From an uncultured Treponema sp. (GTDB lineage Bacteria > Spirochaetota > Spirochaetia > Treponematales > Treponemataceae): DNA of 64,000 nt. The DNA lies in assembly GCA_947178095.1 (NCBI GenBank), contig CAMWWZ010000001.1, forward strand, positions 34,145 to 98,144, given 5' to 3'. Position 1 is the stretch's first letter; each line of letters opens with the position of its first letter. Positions 10,031-19,132 of this stretch are shown one piece after another. The notes under the pieces are model-generated. The model ran no database searches and had not been told where the DNA came from. It was given only the letters and a program-made list of their open reading frames with translations. Position numbers and translations under genes: made by a program.

Positions 10031-11363
10031 TTTGTCTTTCCTTTAAAATTTTGACGCTTTGGAAAATCGGCAATTTTGTCGGGCAAACCAAATTGCAAAG
10101 TCCGCATTCCGTGCAAAGCGCGCACGCCCGAACAAAATCTTCCGGCACTTCCACGAAATCCACAAGATGCCTGTAAAGCAAGTCAGGGTAAATCTGCGCC
10201 GGGCATGCGTCATGGCATTTTCCGCAGCCCGTGCAATACGCTTCCGAATAGTCAGCGATGTCGCGCTTTGAGATGAAAGCGACCGACTTGACATATTTCG
10301 TTACGGGCGTGTCGAGCGACGGAACTGAAAATCCGTTCATGTGCCCGTTCACGATAATCTTTCCGATGTTTGTTTTGGCGATTCCCAATTCCCGCGCGAG
10401 TTCGCCGAAGCTCGTTCCGACGCAGATTTTCAAAACCGCGCTGGATTTCAAGCAGTCGCCCGAAACGTTCACGTTGACGCGCATGGCGGGAATGTTGTGG
10501 ACGACGGCATCGTGCAGGCTCACCAAAGTCTGGCTGTCCACGAAAAGCGCCGTTGCGCAAATTTTCCGCACGCTTTCGGAAAGCCTCATATTTTTTTTGT
10601 AGCGGGACGCTATGTCGTGCTTCGTGCCGCACGGGAATTTTTTTTCGTTCATCGAGACAAATTGGATTTCATCCAATTTGCGCGAAATCTTGTTTTCGCC
10701 ATTTTCAATTTTCGATTTGAGTTCGGAAAGCTTTTTCACCACGTCCAAATGCGACTTCGCATATGCGAACACGATTTCGCTCGGAGAAAGCATTTCATAC
10801 AGAATCTTCGCAGCGACGAGTATTTTGCCGAATTCCGCGCAAGCCAAAACGCTGTCCGTCTGGCACGACAAATCTTCGTCATAAAGCCGAATGAAAATCC
10901 TTGGCTTCGGCGATTTTTCGAGAGCGCGGATGCTCGCCGCAAGCGACTTTCCTTCGCGCAGAGAAAAAGTGTTTACTACGCCGTGCGCGTTGAGCCTGTT
11001 CAAAAGCGAAGTCGCGCCCCACTCGTTCCATGCAAAGTCGTGCGGAATCTTTCCGATGTGCGAAAATTTCCCGGAAAGAGAAATGTGCAAGGCATCGCCG
11101 CTTTTTCCGTTCGGATAAGTGCATTTTTTTACGCCCTGCACGATTCCTGGTATCGGCGAATGGATTTTCGCCGCGTCAGGATTTTCGTCCTCTTTGCATT
11201 CCGCGATCACCTGCCCTTCCGAAACGCGGACACCCGGCTGGACAAGGCTTTCGCAAAAGACATTTTTTTCCTGACAAAGCGGAACCAAAACGCTTTTTGG
11301 CAAAAAGCCGAAAGTTATATTCTTTATGATGTCTTTTTGCTTCAATACATACTCGGAAAGCAT
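10011..11363 (-). CDS. rnfC: RnfC-like subunit with two 4Fe-4S motifs
   Basis: N-terminal barrel-sandwich (VQPGVRVSEGQVIA...IHSPIPGIV), SLBB region, CTGCGKCHDACP and CTECGLCNLVCP. Confidence 0.8.
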   Translation of the reverse strand: MLSEYVLKQKDIIKNITFGFLPKSVLVPLCQEKNVFCESLVQPGVRVSEGQVIAECKEDENPDAAKIHSPIPGIVQGVKKCTYPNGKSGDALHISLSGKFSHIGKIPHDFAWNEWGATSLLNRLNAHGVVNTFSLREGKSLAASIRALEKSPKPRIFIRLYDEDLSCQTDSVLACAEFGKILVAAKILYEMLSPSEIVFAYAKSHLDVVKKLSELKSKIENGENKISRKLDEIQFVSMNEKKFPCGTKHDIASRYKKNMRLSESVRKICATALFVDSQTLVSLHDAVVHNIPAMRVNVNVSGDCLKSSAVLKICVGTSFGELARELGIAKTNIGKIIVNGHMNGFSVPSLDTPVTKYVKSVAFISKRDIADYSEAYCTGCGKCHDACPAQIYPDLLYRHLVDFVEVPEDFVRACALCTECGLCNLVCPTKLPIFQSVKILKERQNEQRIL

Positions 11364-12757
11364 TTTCGTCTATTTCTCCAAACAAAAATATAATACAAAG
11401 CCACTCCCAACGGCAAAAACATCGCAAGCAAAAGCACAGGCACGACCGCCTTTCCGCTTTCGCCCACCCTTTCCCCGACAGCATATTCCGTGGAGAATTT
11501 TTCACCTTGCTCAATCCACAATTTTTCAATCGCGGGATAATCCGCATTTTTTATCGAGTCGAGCGCGTCCTTCCTGAACGCATCGTCATAAACACAGACG
11601 ACTTGTTCGCTCGCAGTTATTTCGCCGCCATTCTTTGAATAGCGCGTCCGCCTTACAGTCTCGCCTTCCACAGGGTAGACGATGCTCGCGCTTTCCTTGT
11701 TGAGCGAGCGGTATTGCAGCGAAATCGCGTTCCACTTTTTCGCGAAAAAATCGTCCAAAGAAGCGAACGCGCCGTGCGTTCCATTATACTCCGCAGGGGC
11801 AGGAAAATACAAGTCTTTCTCAGGATTCGCAATGGAAAAATTCACGCCAGTCAAAAACAAAATCAAAAGCGCGAACGCCGAGCAAGAACACACGAGCATG
11901 TTTTTCACGGAATTCAGATTCATCCTGCCGACCATCTTCGCGTTTCGCAAGGGAACTGGAACGAAATGAAAGCGCGCATCATAACTTTCCTGCAAATTCA
12001 GCACAAGGTAAAGAGTCGAAATGGCGACGAAGAAATTCAGCGAAAAAAGAATTCCGCATATGAAGCCCGCCGCGCAGGACGACAAAATCGCCGCGAAAGA
12101 AAAAATCCAAATGCAATAATTCTTAATCAAGAATTCGCCATAGCCGCGCCGCCGCCAAACTTTCTGCGCGAGATAAAGCGCATAGAACTCAAGTCCTGCC
12201 GCCGCCGAAACCGCAAAAAGCGGATTGCAAAAACAAAACACGACAGGAAAAATGCCGCCCGCCAAAAACACAATTTTGTTTTCCGAAATGAAAAAGAAAA
12301 ACAAAAACACCGCCAGCGCAACAAGCGGCGCGACCAAAGAAAGCTTTCCCGCGCCGGCAAGGAGCGCGCCCACTCCGTAATTTTGGTTTAAAAGCGAAAC
12401 GGCCTTTTGCGCCTGAACCTTGTACTCGTCCGGAATGTAGTAGAGCCGCGCGCGCTTGTCCTTGTCGAAAAAATAAAGCGACTTTCCCTGATTATAATTG
12501 TCGTCGAAATCCATGAAAAACAATTCGCCGAAAAAAGAATCGTCGTCATCGCGCTGCGCTTCCAACGAAATCACTTCGCCGCATCCGCTTTCCAAAAGAG
12601 CATTTTCGACAATGCGCGCATCCGAATCAAACGGCACGCTCAAGACGGCATAGCCCTTCCAAAGCCTGTAAGCGGGAGAAGTTTTCAGCAAGACGAAAAG
12701 CGCCACCACGAAAATCGCGGCAAAAGCAGGCGCGATGTACTTTTTCAGCAATTCCAT
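11342..12757 (-). CDS. Hypothetical multi-pass membrane protein
   Basis: 471-aa ORF overlapping the rnfC start, with several hydrophobic segments and two soluble domains. Confidence 0.7.
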   Translation of the reverse strand: MELLKKYIAPAFAAIFVVALFVLLKTSPAYRLWKGYAVLSVPFDSDARIVENALLESGCGEVISLEAQRDDDDSFFGELFFMDFDDNYNQGKSLYFFDKDKRARLYYIPDEYKVQAQKAVSLLNQNYGVGALLAGAGKLSLVAPLVALAVFLFFFFISENKIVFLAGGIFPVVFCFCNPLFAVSAAAGLEFYALYLAQKVWRRRGYGEFLIKNYCIWIFSFAAILSSCAAGFICGILFSLNFFVAISTLYLVLNLQESYDARFHFVPVPLRNAKMVGRMNLNSVKNMLVCSCSAFALLILFLTGVNFSIANPEKDLYFPAPAEYNGTHGAFASLDDFFAKKWNAISLQYRSLNKESASIVYPVEGETVRRTRYSKNGGEITASEQVVCVYDDAFRKDALDSIKNADYPAIEKLWIEQGEKFSTEYAVGERVGESGKAVVPVLLLAMFLPLGVALYYIFVWRNRRKCFPSMY

Positions 12758-12760
12758 AAT

Positions 12761-13240
12761 TTACAAGAGCGCGAACCCCAATCCTATGAAAAAACCCAAG
12801 ATCGCACCGAAAACGACTTCGCTCGGACGATGCCCCATAATTTCCTTAATCGGCTTGTAGCTTATTATATTCCTTTCCTGCAACTCGCTTCCAAGCTCAT
12901 TGAGCTTTTTCGCCTGCATGCCGCTCGCCCGCCTCACTCCGAGCGCGTCGCGAATCGTAACCATCAAAAAGCAAAACGAAAGAATAAACACGTCGCTCGA
13001 AAGTCCCGAGCGGAACGCGACGCATGTCGTAAGGGTCGTGACCAAAGCCGTGTGGCTCGAAGGAAATCCTCCAGTCCTCCACAAAAGAAATTCGAACAGA
13101 ATTTTCAGGCTGTGAATTTTTCCCGAAAAAAGATTTATAATCGTCTTCAAGAATTGTGCGCAAAACCAGCTGAAAACGCACGCCTGAAAAACAGAATTAG
13201 AGAAAAGTTCTATTATGCCCAATTTTAGCATATAAAGCAT
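12761..13240 (-). CDS. Divergent PAP2 family (DUF212) membrane protein
   Basis: GGFPSSHTA, DALGVRRASG.QA..LN, GHRPSEVVFG. The upstream extension in the ORF track runs through a repeat, so the start is placed at 13240. Confidence 0.88.
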   Translation of the reverse strand: MLYMLKLGIIELFSNSVFQACVFSWFCAQFLKTIINLFSGKIHSLKILFEFLLWRTGGFPSSHTALVTTLTTCVAFRSGLSSDVFILSFCFLMVTIRDALGVRRASGMQAKKLNELGSELQERNIISYKPIKEIMGHRPSEVVFGAILGFFIGLGFALL

Positions 13241-13312
13241 TATTTCTATTTTACTCACTATGAAAGTTTTGTCTAGTAGCAACAAGTTCTTTTTTCCATT
13301 AAAATCAAAAAA

Positions 13313-13432
13313 GTTGATTCGTGCGGAGGGTTTCATACCCCGACGCTTGCGTCGTAATAAAGGGGATGAAACCCGACTGCGATACCTTATGAGAACAACA
13401 TACCTCGATGCTTGCGTCGAGGTATGTTGATT
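13313..13432. repeat. Palindromic dispersed repeat, copy A (REP/PATE-like)
   Basis: GTTGATTCGTGCGGAGGGTTTCATACCCCGACGCTTGCGTCG...CAACATACCTCGA-tgcttgcg-TCGAGGTATGTTG; related copies at 43728 and 62117. Confidence 0.75.
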
Positions 13433-13447
13433 TTTTGCGAGGCTTTC

Positions 13448-14392
13448 TTGGACTGGAAAAAATTTTATCTTCAAGAAGACGATTCCCAGCGAAGGGCGGA
13501 CCGCGTTCTAAAGCGGCTTTTGCCCCACAAAACGCAGGGACAAATTTATTCCGCGCTCCGAAAAGGGCTCGTAAAGCTGAACTCGCAAAAAATTCCGCCG
13601 AGCCACATCACGCAAAAAGGCGACGAACTTTCCGTGGCGGCGTTCCTGCTTGAAGGCGAAAGCCACGAAAAAACGCCGCGCGAAATCCCGCCTCGCGCCG
13701 ACTCGCGAAATTCCGCAGTGGAAAATCCGCCACGAAAAAATTTCATCGAAGAAATCATGGTCTTTAAAAACGAGCACATCGTTTTTTTGAACAAGCCTTG
13801 CGGAATAAGCGTCCACGGAAAGGATTCGCTTGAAGAACTCTTTTCGAAATCGGCTCAAAAAAGCGCGAGCTCAATTTCATTCAGGCAAGGTCCTCTCCAC
13901 CGCCTCGACAAAAACACGAGCGGTCTAATCGCGTTTTCGGCATCCCTTTCGGGCGCGAAATGGTTTTCGGAAAAAATGAAAAACCACGAAATAAAAAAAT
14001 CCTATATTGGAATCGCCGAGGGAAATATCGCGCAAGAACAAATTTGGCGCGAAAAAATCGAAGGAAAGGACGCCCACACAATCGCGCGCCCGCTCGCGCA
14101 CGGCAATTTCTGCGGCGTTGAATTGACTTTGGTCGAATACAAGATTCTCACCGGACGAAAGCATCAAATAAGGGCGCACGGCACGGCGCACGGACATCCG
14201 CTTTTTGGCGACGAAAAATACGGCGGCAAAGAACATCGCGGACAATATTTTTTACATGCCTACAAAATGGAATTTCCTGCGAACGAACTTTCTTTGCCAG
14301 ATTTTTTGAAAGTCGCGCTTCCAAAAAATTTTTCGGAGTTTCTTAAAACATATTTTAAAAACGCACTTGACATTTTCGCGCCTTTTCTTTAA
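13448..14392 (+). CDS. RluA family pseudouridine synthase
   Basis: S4-like N-terminus (RADRVLKR), LHRLDKNTSG, TGRKHQIR, HPLFGDEKYG, FLHA; probable TTG start at 13448. Confidence 0.93.
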   Translation: MDWKKFYLQEDDSQRRADRVLKRLLPHKTQGQIYSALRKGLVKLNSQKIPPSHITQKGDELSVAAFLLEGESHEKTPREIPPRADSRNSAVENPPRKNFIEEIMVFKNEHIVFLNKPCGISVHGKDSLEELFSKSAQKSASSISFRQGPLHRLDKNTSGLIAFSASLSGAKWFSEKMKNHEIKKSYIGIAEGNIAQEQIWREKIEGKDAHTIARPLAHGNFCGVELTLVEYKILTGRKHQIRAHGTAHGHPLFGDEKYGGKEHRGQYFLHAYKMEFPANELSLPDFLKVALPKNFSEFLKTYFKNALDIFAPFL

Positions 14393-14395
14393 AAT
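14367..14395 (+). promoter_or_regulatory. Sigma70-type promoter for the 57-aa zinc-ribbon gene
   Basis: TTGACA(14367-72)-17 bp-TAAAAT(14390-95). Confidence 0.65.
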
Positions 14396-14410
14396 AGTTT
14401 AACCAATGAA

Positions 14411-14533
14411 AACCTCTAAAAACTTCAGTTTTTAGAGGTAACTTTGAAAATGCGATGTTTTAAGTCGCGCTATTATAGCGACTTAAAACTCGTCGGCACA
14501 TTCGAAAAAATTGCCGAAAGCAAGTTTTTCGAA
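14411..14533. repeat. Triple-hairpin REP-like cassette
   Basis: ACCTCTAAAAAC-ttca-GTTTTTAGAGGT; GTTTTAAGTCGC-n9-GCGACTTAAAAC; TTCGAAAAAATTGC-cgaaa-GCAAGTTTTTCGAA. Confidence 0.75.
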
Positions 14534-14568
14534 GCGCCTTAAATTAGCATTGCTTTTGGAGGAATAAA

Positions 14569-14742
14569 ATGGCTGGAGCAAGTAAAAACTCGCGCACCAC
14601 TGTCGCCACACAGAAATTCATGTGCCCCGATTGCGGCGGCGAAATCGTAATGAAGACAATTTTGCAGGCGGGTCGCCTCAAGAACATCGCGGAATGCAAC
14701 AAGTGCAAGCGCACAGAACGCAGGCCGAAAGATTTCAAATAA
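14569..14742 (+). CDS. Small basic zinc-ribbon protein, 57 aa (absent from ORF track)
   Basis: Translated by hand: MAGASKNSRTTVATQKFMCPDCGGEIVMKTILQAGRLKNIAECNKCKRTERRPKDFK*; GGAGGA RBS upstream; CxxC...CxxC. Confidence 0.8.
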   Translation: MAGASKNSRTTVATQKFMCPDCGGEIVMKTILQAGRLKNIAECNKCKRTERRPKDFK

Positions 14743-14798
14743 TTTTCGCAAATCAATGTTCGGCGAACGCTCCGTTTGTCGAACATTAAAATGTTTTC

Positions 14799-15557
14799 CT
14801 ATCTTCTCCACTCTTCCAGTTGCTTTTCCATAAGGCTATGGGATTCTTCCAATATTGCGACTTGCTCTTCTTTCGTGAGCGCGGGCGGATAAATCTTTAG
14901 AATCTTCACATGATAATTGACGTTGCGCATATTTTCGACGACATGGCGGATATCGTTAATCTTGTATCCCTCGTCCACAACGCAGGCGACCACAGGAAGT
15001 TTCGTGGAATCGGCGATCCTTCTGAAACCCGCGCTGTAGAATTTGCCGACGCTTCCATTCCGGCTTCGGGTGCCTTCCGGAAAGATCACGGGATTCCATT
15101 TGTTCGCAAGGCAACGCTTTGAAAAAGAATCGATTCTCTTCATTCCCACTGACGCGCCTCCGATTCGAGGGATAAAACAATGTCCGTGGGATTTCAACAT
15201 TGGAGAGACGAGCGGAATGTGCCGGCTCAGCGAATCTTTCGCCACGAAGCGCACGTTGCGCCCTTTCAAGAAAACCATGTACAAAGGTATGTCAAGCAAA
15301 CTCTGATGGTTCGAAATCAGGATGAACTGCTCAGGAAGTTCCTGCTTTTTGTCGGGAAAGAAAGTGAGCCGAAACTGTGTGTATGTCTTGAGGATGGCGA
15401 AAATGAGGGGAGCGCACACCCGCACGATGTAGTCGGAAATCCTCACGCAGACTTTGTGCGAAAAGGGATAGAACAAATCCAAAACGAAAGCCGGAAGCGC
15501 GATGATTCCCACAAGCACAAGAAAGACAATGAAATTGCCCAAGGTGGTCAAAAACAT
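14799..15557 (-). CDS. plsC: 1-acyl-sn-glycerol-3-phosphate acyltransferase
   Basis: NHQSLLD (HxxxxD), FVAK, FPEGTRS. Confidence 0.85.
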   Translation of the reverse strand: MFLTTLGNFIVFLVLVGIIALPAFVLDLFYPFSHKVCVRISDYIVRVCAPLIFAILKTYTQFRLTFFPDKKQELPEQFILISNHQSLLDIPLYMVFLKGRNVRFVAKDSLSRHIPLVSPMLKSHGHCFIPRIGGASVGMKRIDSFSKRCLANKWNPVIFPEGTRSRNGSVGKFYSAGFRRIADSTKLPVVACVVDEGYKINDIRHVVENMRNVNYHVKILKIYPPALTKEEQVAILEESHSLMEKQLEEWRR

Positions 15558-15672
15558 TCTGACACTATATCACAATTTTCCCTAAAAGTCAATAGAGCGC
15601 GTCGTTTCAAACAAACATTCGACAACATATTTTTTGTTGCAAAAAAACGAAATGCGTGATATAATTTTAATT

Positions 15673-16869
15673 ATGATTTCCCGATATTTCCAAAATCTTC
15701 TGAACGACAAAACTGCTTCCGCGATACGAAAAATGTTCGAGGAAGGAAAAATCCTAAAGCAAAAATATGGCGAAGAAAACGTCTATGATTTCAGCCTCGG
15801 CAATCCAGACTTGGATCCGCCGCAAAAAGTCCTCGACGCGATAAAGGAAGTTGCGCTCGAAGAGCGCAAGGGCGTGCACGGCTATATGTCCAACGCGGGC
15901 TACGACGAGGCGCGCGAAGCGATGGCGAAAAAAGAAAGCGCGCAGCAAAAAGTTTCCGTGGACTCGTCGTGCGTCGTGATGACTGTGGGAGCTGCGAGCG
16001 CGATAAGCGCGACGATCAAGGCTTTGATAATGCCCGGTGAAGAAGTCATCGTTCCGTCTCCGTTCTTTGCGGAATACACTCATTACGTCCATAATCACGG
16101 AGGAACGCTCGTTCCTGTAAGCACGAAGGGCGACTTTTCGCTTGACATCGATGCGATAAAGTCGAGCCTTTCTACGAAAACCGTGGCCGTGATAATAAAT
16201 TCGCCGAACAATCCAACCGGCAAGATTTACACGAAAAGCGAAATCGCATCTCTTTGCAAAGCGTTGAAAGATTTCGGCGAAAAAAACGGCGGCCGCTATC
16301 CGTATCTCATTTGCGATGAGCCTTACCGCGACATCGTGTACGACGGCGCGGAAGTGCCGCCAGTTTTTCCCGAATATCCGTACAGCGTCATAGTGACATC
16401 GTTCGCAAAAAATCTGAGCATTCCGGGAGAGCGCGTGGGCTACATTTGCGCGAATCCGCTCAATCCTGAAAAATCCGATTTCATCGCGGCTGCGACAATG
16501 GCGTTCAGGATTTCGGGCTGCGTCAACGCGCCGGCGTTTTTCCAGCGCGTCATCGCAAAATCTTGGGACGCGCAGGCGGACTTTTCGTCCTACCGCAGGC
16601 GGCGCGACCTTTTGATGGAAGTGCTCGACAATGCAGGCCTTGAATATTGCAAGCCGCAGGGCGCGTTCTACATTTTTTGCAAAGTTCCGCCACAATGGAA
16701 TGACGACGATTCGGCCTTCGTGGACGCGCTCGCAGAACAGCACATACTTTGCGCCCCAGGCGCGGGCTTCGGAAAAAAAGGCTGGTTTCGCATAGCATAT
16801 TGCGTTGGCGAAAAGACGATCATAAATTCGCGCGAAGCCTTTTGCAAGGCGGCGCGTTCAAAATTGTAA
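15673..16869 (+). CDS. PLP-dependent aminotransferase class I/II (aspartate aminotransferase-like)
   Basis: DFSLGNPD, INSPNNPTG, DEPY, SFAKNLSIPGERVGY. Confidence 0.92.
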   Translation: MISRYFQNLLNDKTASAIRKMFEEGKILKQKYGEENVYDFSLGNPDLDPPQKVLDAIKEVALEERKGVHGYMSNAGYDEAREAMAKKESAQQKVSVDSSCVVMTVGAASAISATIKALIMPGEEVIVPSPFFAEYTHYVHNHGGTLVPVSTKGDFSLDIDAIKSSLSTKTVAVIINSPNNPTGKIYTKSEIASLCKALKDFGEKNGGRYPYLICDEPYRDIVYDGAEVPPVFPEYPYSVIVTSFAKNLSIPGERVGYICANPLNPEKSDFIAAATMAFRISGCVNAPAFFQRVIAKSWDAQADFSSYRRRRDLLMEVLDNAGLEYCKPQGAFYIFCKVPPQWNDDDSAFVDALAEQHILCAPGAGFGKKGWFRIAYCVGEKTIINSREAFCKAARSKL

Positions 16870-16944
16870 AGATGTCCGTTTGCGCGGCTTTTGCCATCGC
16901 GTCGGATTCCATAAAAAACACGAGATTTGATTTGGAGGAAAAAA

Positions 16945-18411
16945 ATGAAAATTCTTATGGTAAGTTCAGAGGCAGTGCCCTATGCGAAGACAGGAGGCTT
17001 GGCGGACGCTGTGAGCGCGCTCGCAATCACGCTTTCGAACATGGGGCACGACGTGAAAATCGTGATACCGAGGTATTACAAAATAGACCGCTCGCAGCTC
17101 TTGCAGCTGCAAGGCCCGATGGGAGTGCCGGCGGGTCAGGTGGAGGCTTGGACGGCAGTCTACAAAACGACGATGCCCGGCTGCGACAAGCTCGAAGTCT
17201 ACTTCATCGACCATGAAGGCTGCTTCGGACGCGACGGAATCTACGGCGTTCCTGGCGAAACCGACTTCCACGACAATCCGTACCGATTCGCGCTTTTGTG
17301 CCACGGCGCGTTCCAATTGTGCCGAAAGATAGGCTGGTATCCAGACATCATCCACGCGCACGACTGGTCGGCGGCACTCGCGCTTTCGCTTCTCAAGCAT
17401 GTTTACCGATGGCAGGATTTCGGTGGAACTGCCGGCGTGATTTCAATTCACAATTTGGGATATCAAGGTCAGTATTCGAAGGATTCGTTCCCTGCCTTGG
17501 GAATGGACTGGGGGCTTTACTACGGCGCGAGCATCGAGCATGACGGCGGAATCAATTTCCTTCAAACTGGAATCGCCAGCGCGGAAATGGTCACGACGGT
17601 TTCCCCCACTTATGCGGAGGAAATCAAGACAGCCGAAGGCGGATTCGGAATGGACGGACTTTTGCGCGCTCGCGGCGACGCAGTTCGGGGAATCTTGAAC
17701 GGATGCGACACGAAGGCGTGGAATCCCGAAATCGACAAAAAAATCCCCGCGACATATTCGGCAAAGAACATGAAGGGAAAGGCGATTTGCAAGGCGGAAC
17801 TTCAAAAAAGATTCGGGCTTGAACAAAATCCCGACATTCCCGTGTTCGGCGTGGTGACGCGCCTCGCAGACCAAAAAGGAATCGCGGAACTTTTCGCTCC
17901 GAGCTACGGATGCCTTTACAGCCTCTGCGCCAACATGAATATCCAGTTCGTGGTTTTAGGCTCGGGCGAGGCTTGGTGCGAAAACGAAATCAACGTCCTG
18001 CAATCGAAGCTTCCGAATTTCCGCGCCTACATCGGCTACAACGACGAGCTGAGCCATCTCATCGAAGCGGGCAGCGATTTCTTCGTGATGCCGTCTCACT
18101 ACGAGCCGTGCGGATTGAACCAAATCTATTCGATGATTTACGGCACGCTTCCAATCGTGCGAAGAACCGGCGGCCTTGCGGACACCGTGCAGAATTACAA
18201 CGAAAGCACGGGAGAAGGAACTGGCTTTATGTTCGACGCGATAACTCCGAGCGCGCTCTACAATACCGTGGGCTGGGCGGTCTACGCCTACTACAACAAA
18301 AAAGATCACATCAAGGCGATGCGATTGCGCGGAATGAAAAGCGTGTTCAGCTGGGAAGACGCCGCGAAAAAGTACCTTGAAGTGTACGACGAGGCTTTGA
18401 GAAGAAAATAG
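16945..18411 (+). CDS. glgA: Glycogen synthase
   Basis: KTGGLADA, HAHDW, SIHNLGYQG, PSHYEPCGLNQ. Confidence 0.96.
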   Translation: MKILMVSSEAVPYAKTGGLADAVSALAITLSNMGHDVKIVIPRYYKIDRSQLLQLQGPMGVPAGQVEAWTAVYKTTMPGCDKLEVYFIDHEGCFGRDGIYGVPGETDFHDNPYRFALLCHGAFQLCRKIGWYPDIIHAHDWSAALALSLLKHVYRWQDFGGTAGVISIHNLGYQGQYSKDSFPALGMDWGLYYGASIEHDGGINFLQTGIASAEMVTTVSPTYAEEIKTAEGGFGMDGLLRARGDAVRGILNGCDTKAWNPEIDKKIPATYSAKNMKGKAICKAELQKRFGLEQNPDIPVFGVVTRLADQKGIAELFAPSYGCLYSLCANMNIQFVVLGSGEAWCENEINVLQSKLPNFRAYIGYNDELSHLIEAGSDFFVMPSHYEPCGLNQIYSMIYGTLPIVRRTGGLADTVQNYNESTGEGTGFMFDAITPSALYNTVGWAVYAYYNKKDHIKAMRLRGMKSVFSWEDAAKKYLEVYDEALRRK

Positions 18412-18494
18412 GAAACTCCTTGCGCCGAGAGAAAAACTCGCCGCCGCTATAATCTTTCAGGCATTTTTTGCCGATAAGAAAGCAGGAGTTTCCT

Positions 18495-19034
18495 ATGAAA
18501 AAAATTGCATTTTTTCTCCTTGCTTTTTGCGCCGCGAATTTCGCATTTTTCGGCGAAAATTTGCCCAAAGGTTTTGGCGGCGTGGAATTGGGAATGAGCC
18601 TCGATGACGCGAAAAACGCGCTCAAGTCGAACACGGATTTCGGCTATGCGGGCGACCGCGACGTTTCGCTTTTGCCGGGCGACGAGCGCGTTTTGATAGA
18701 AACAGATTCATACAACATGCAGCACCATGGATTTTTGACGCGATGCTGGTTTCAGTTTTACGAGGAAAACCTTTATTCCATTACGATCAATTTCAATCCG
18801 GAGCGAATCGACCATTACAGCCTCTACACGACGCTCGTAAAAAAATACGGCGAGCCGGACGATTTTTCGCCCGAACGAAGCATATGGAAAAACGACGACG
18901 TTACGATGAGCCTTGAGCGTCCGCTTTCGATAAAATACATCGACAACGGAATTTCCGAAGAATTGGGGCAACGCGCCCTCGTGCAAAAAAATGGATTTGA
19001 AATCACGCGCGAAAATTTTTTGAACAGCCTGTGA
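18495..19034 (+). CDS. Hypothetical exported protein
   Basis: AGGAG RBS; signal peptide MKKIAFFLLAFCAANFAFFG. Confidence 0.7.
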   Translation: MKKIAFFLLAFCAANFAFFGENLPKGFGGVELGMSLDDAKNALKSNTDFGYAGDRDVSLLPGDERVLIETDSYNMQHHGFLTRCWFQFYEENLYSITINFNPERIDHYSLYTTLVKKYGEPDDFSPERSIWKNDDVTMSLERPLSIKYIDNGISEELGQRALVQKNGFEITRENFLNSL

Positions 19035-19132
19035 TTCGTGCGAAAAAAATTGAGGCATGCTCCGACGCTTTCTCGAGGCATGCGATTTTCAGGACGCCGA
19101 TTTTTTTGCAAAAGTTTTAGGAAGGATGAATT

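Noticed and set aside
13241-13474. N-terminal extensions of the DUF212 and rluA ORFs in the track
   Set aside because: They run through palindromic repeat copy A and the promoter region; the family homology starts downstream
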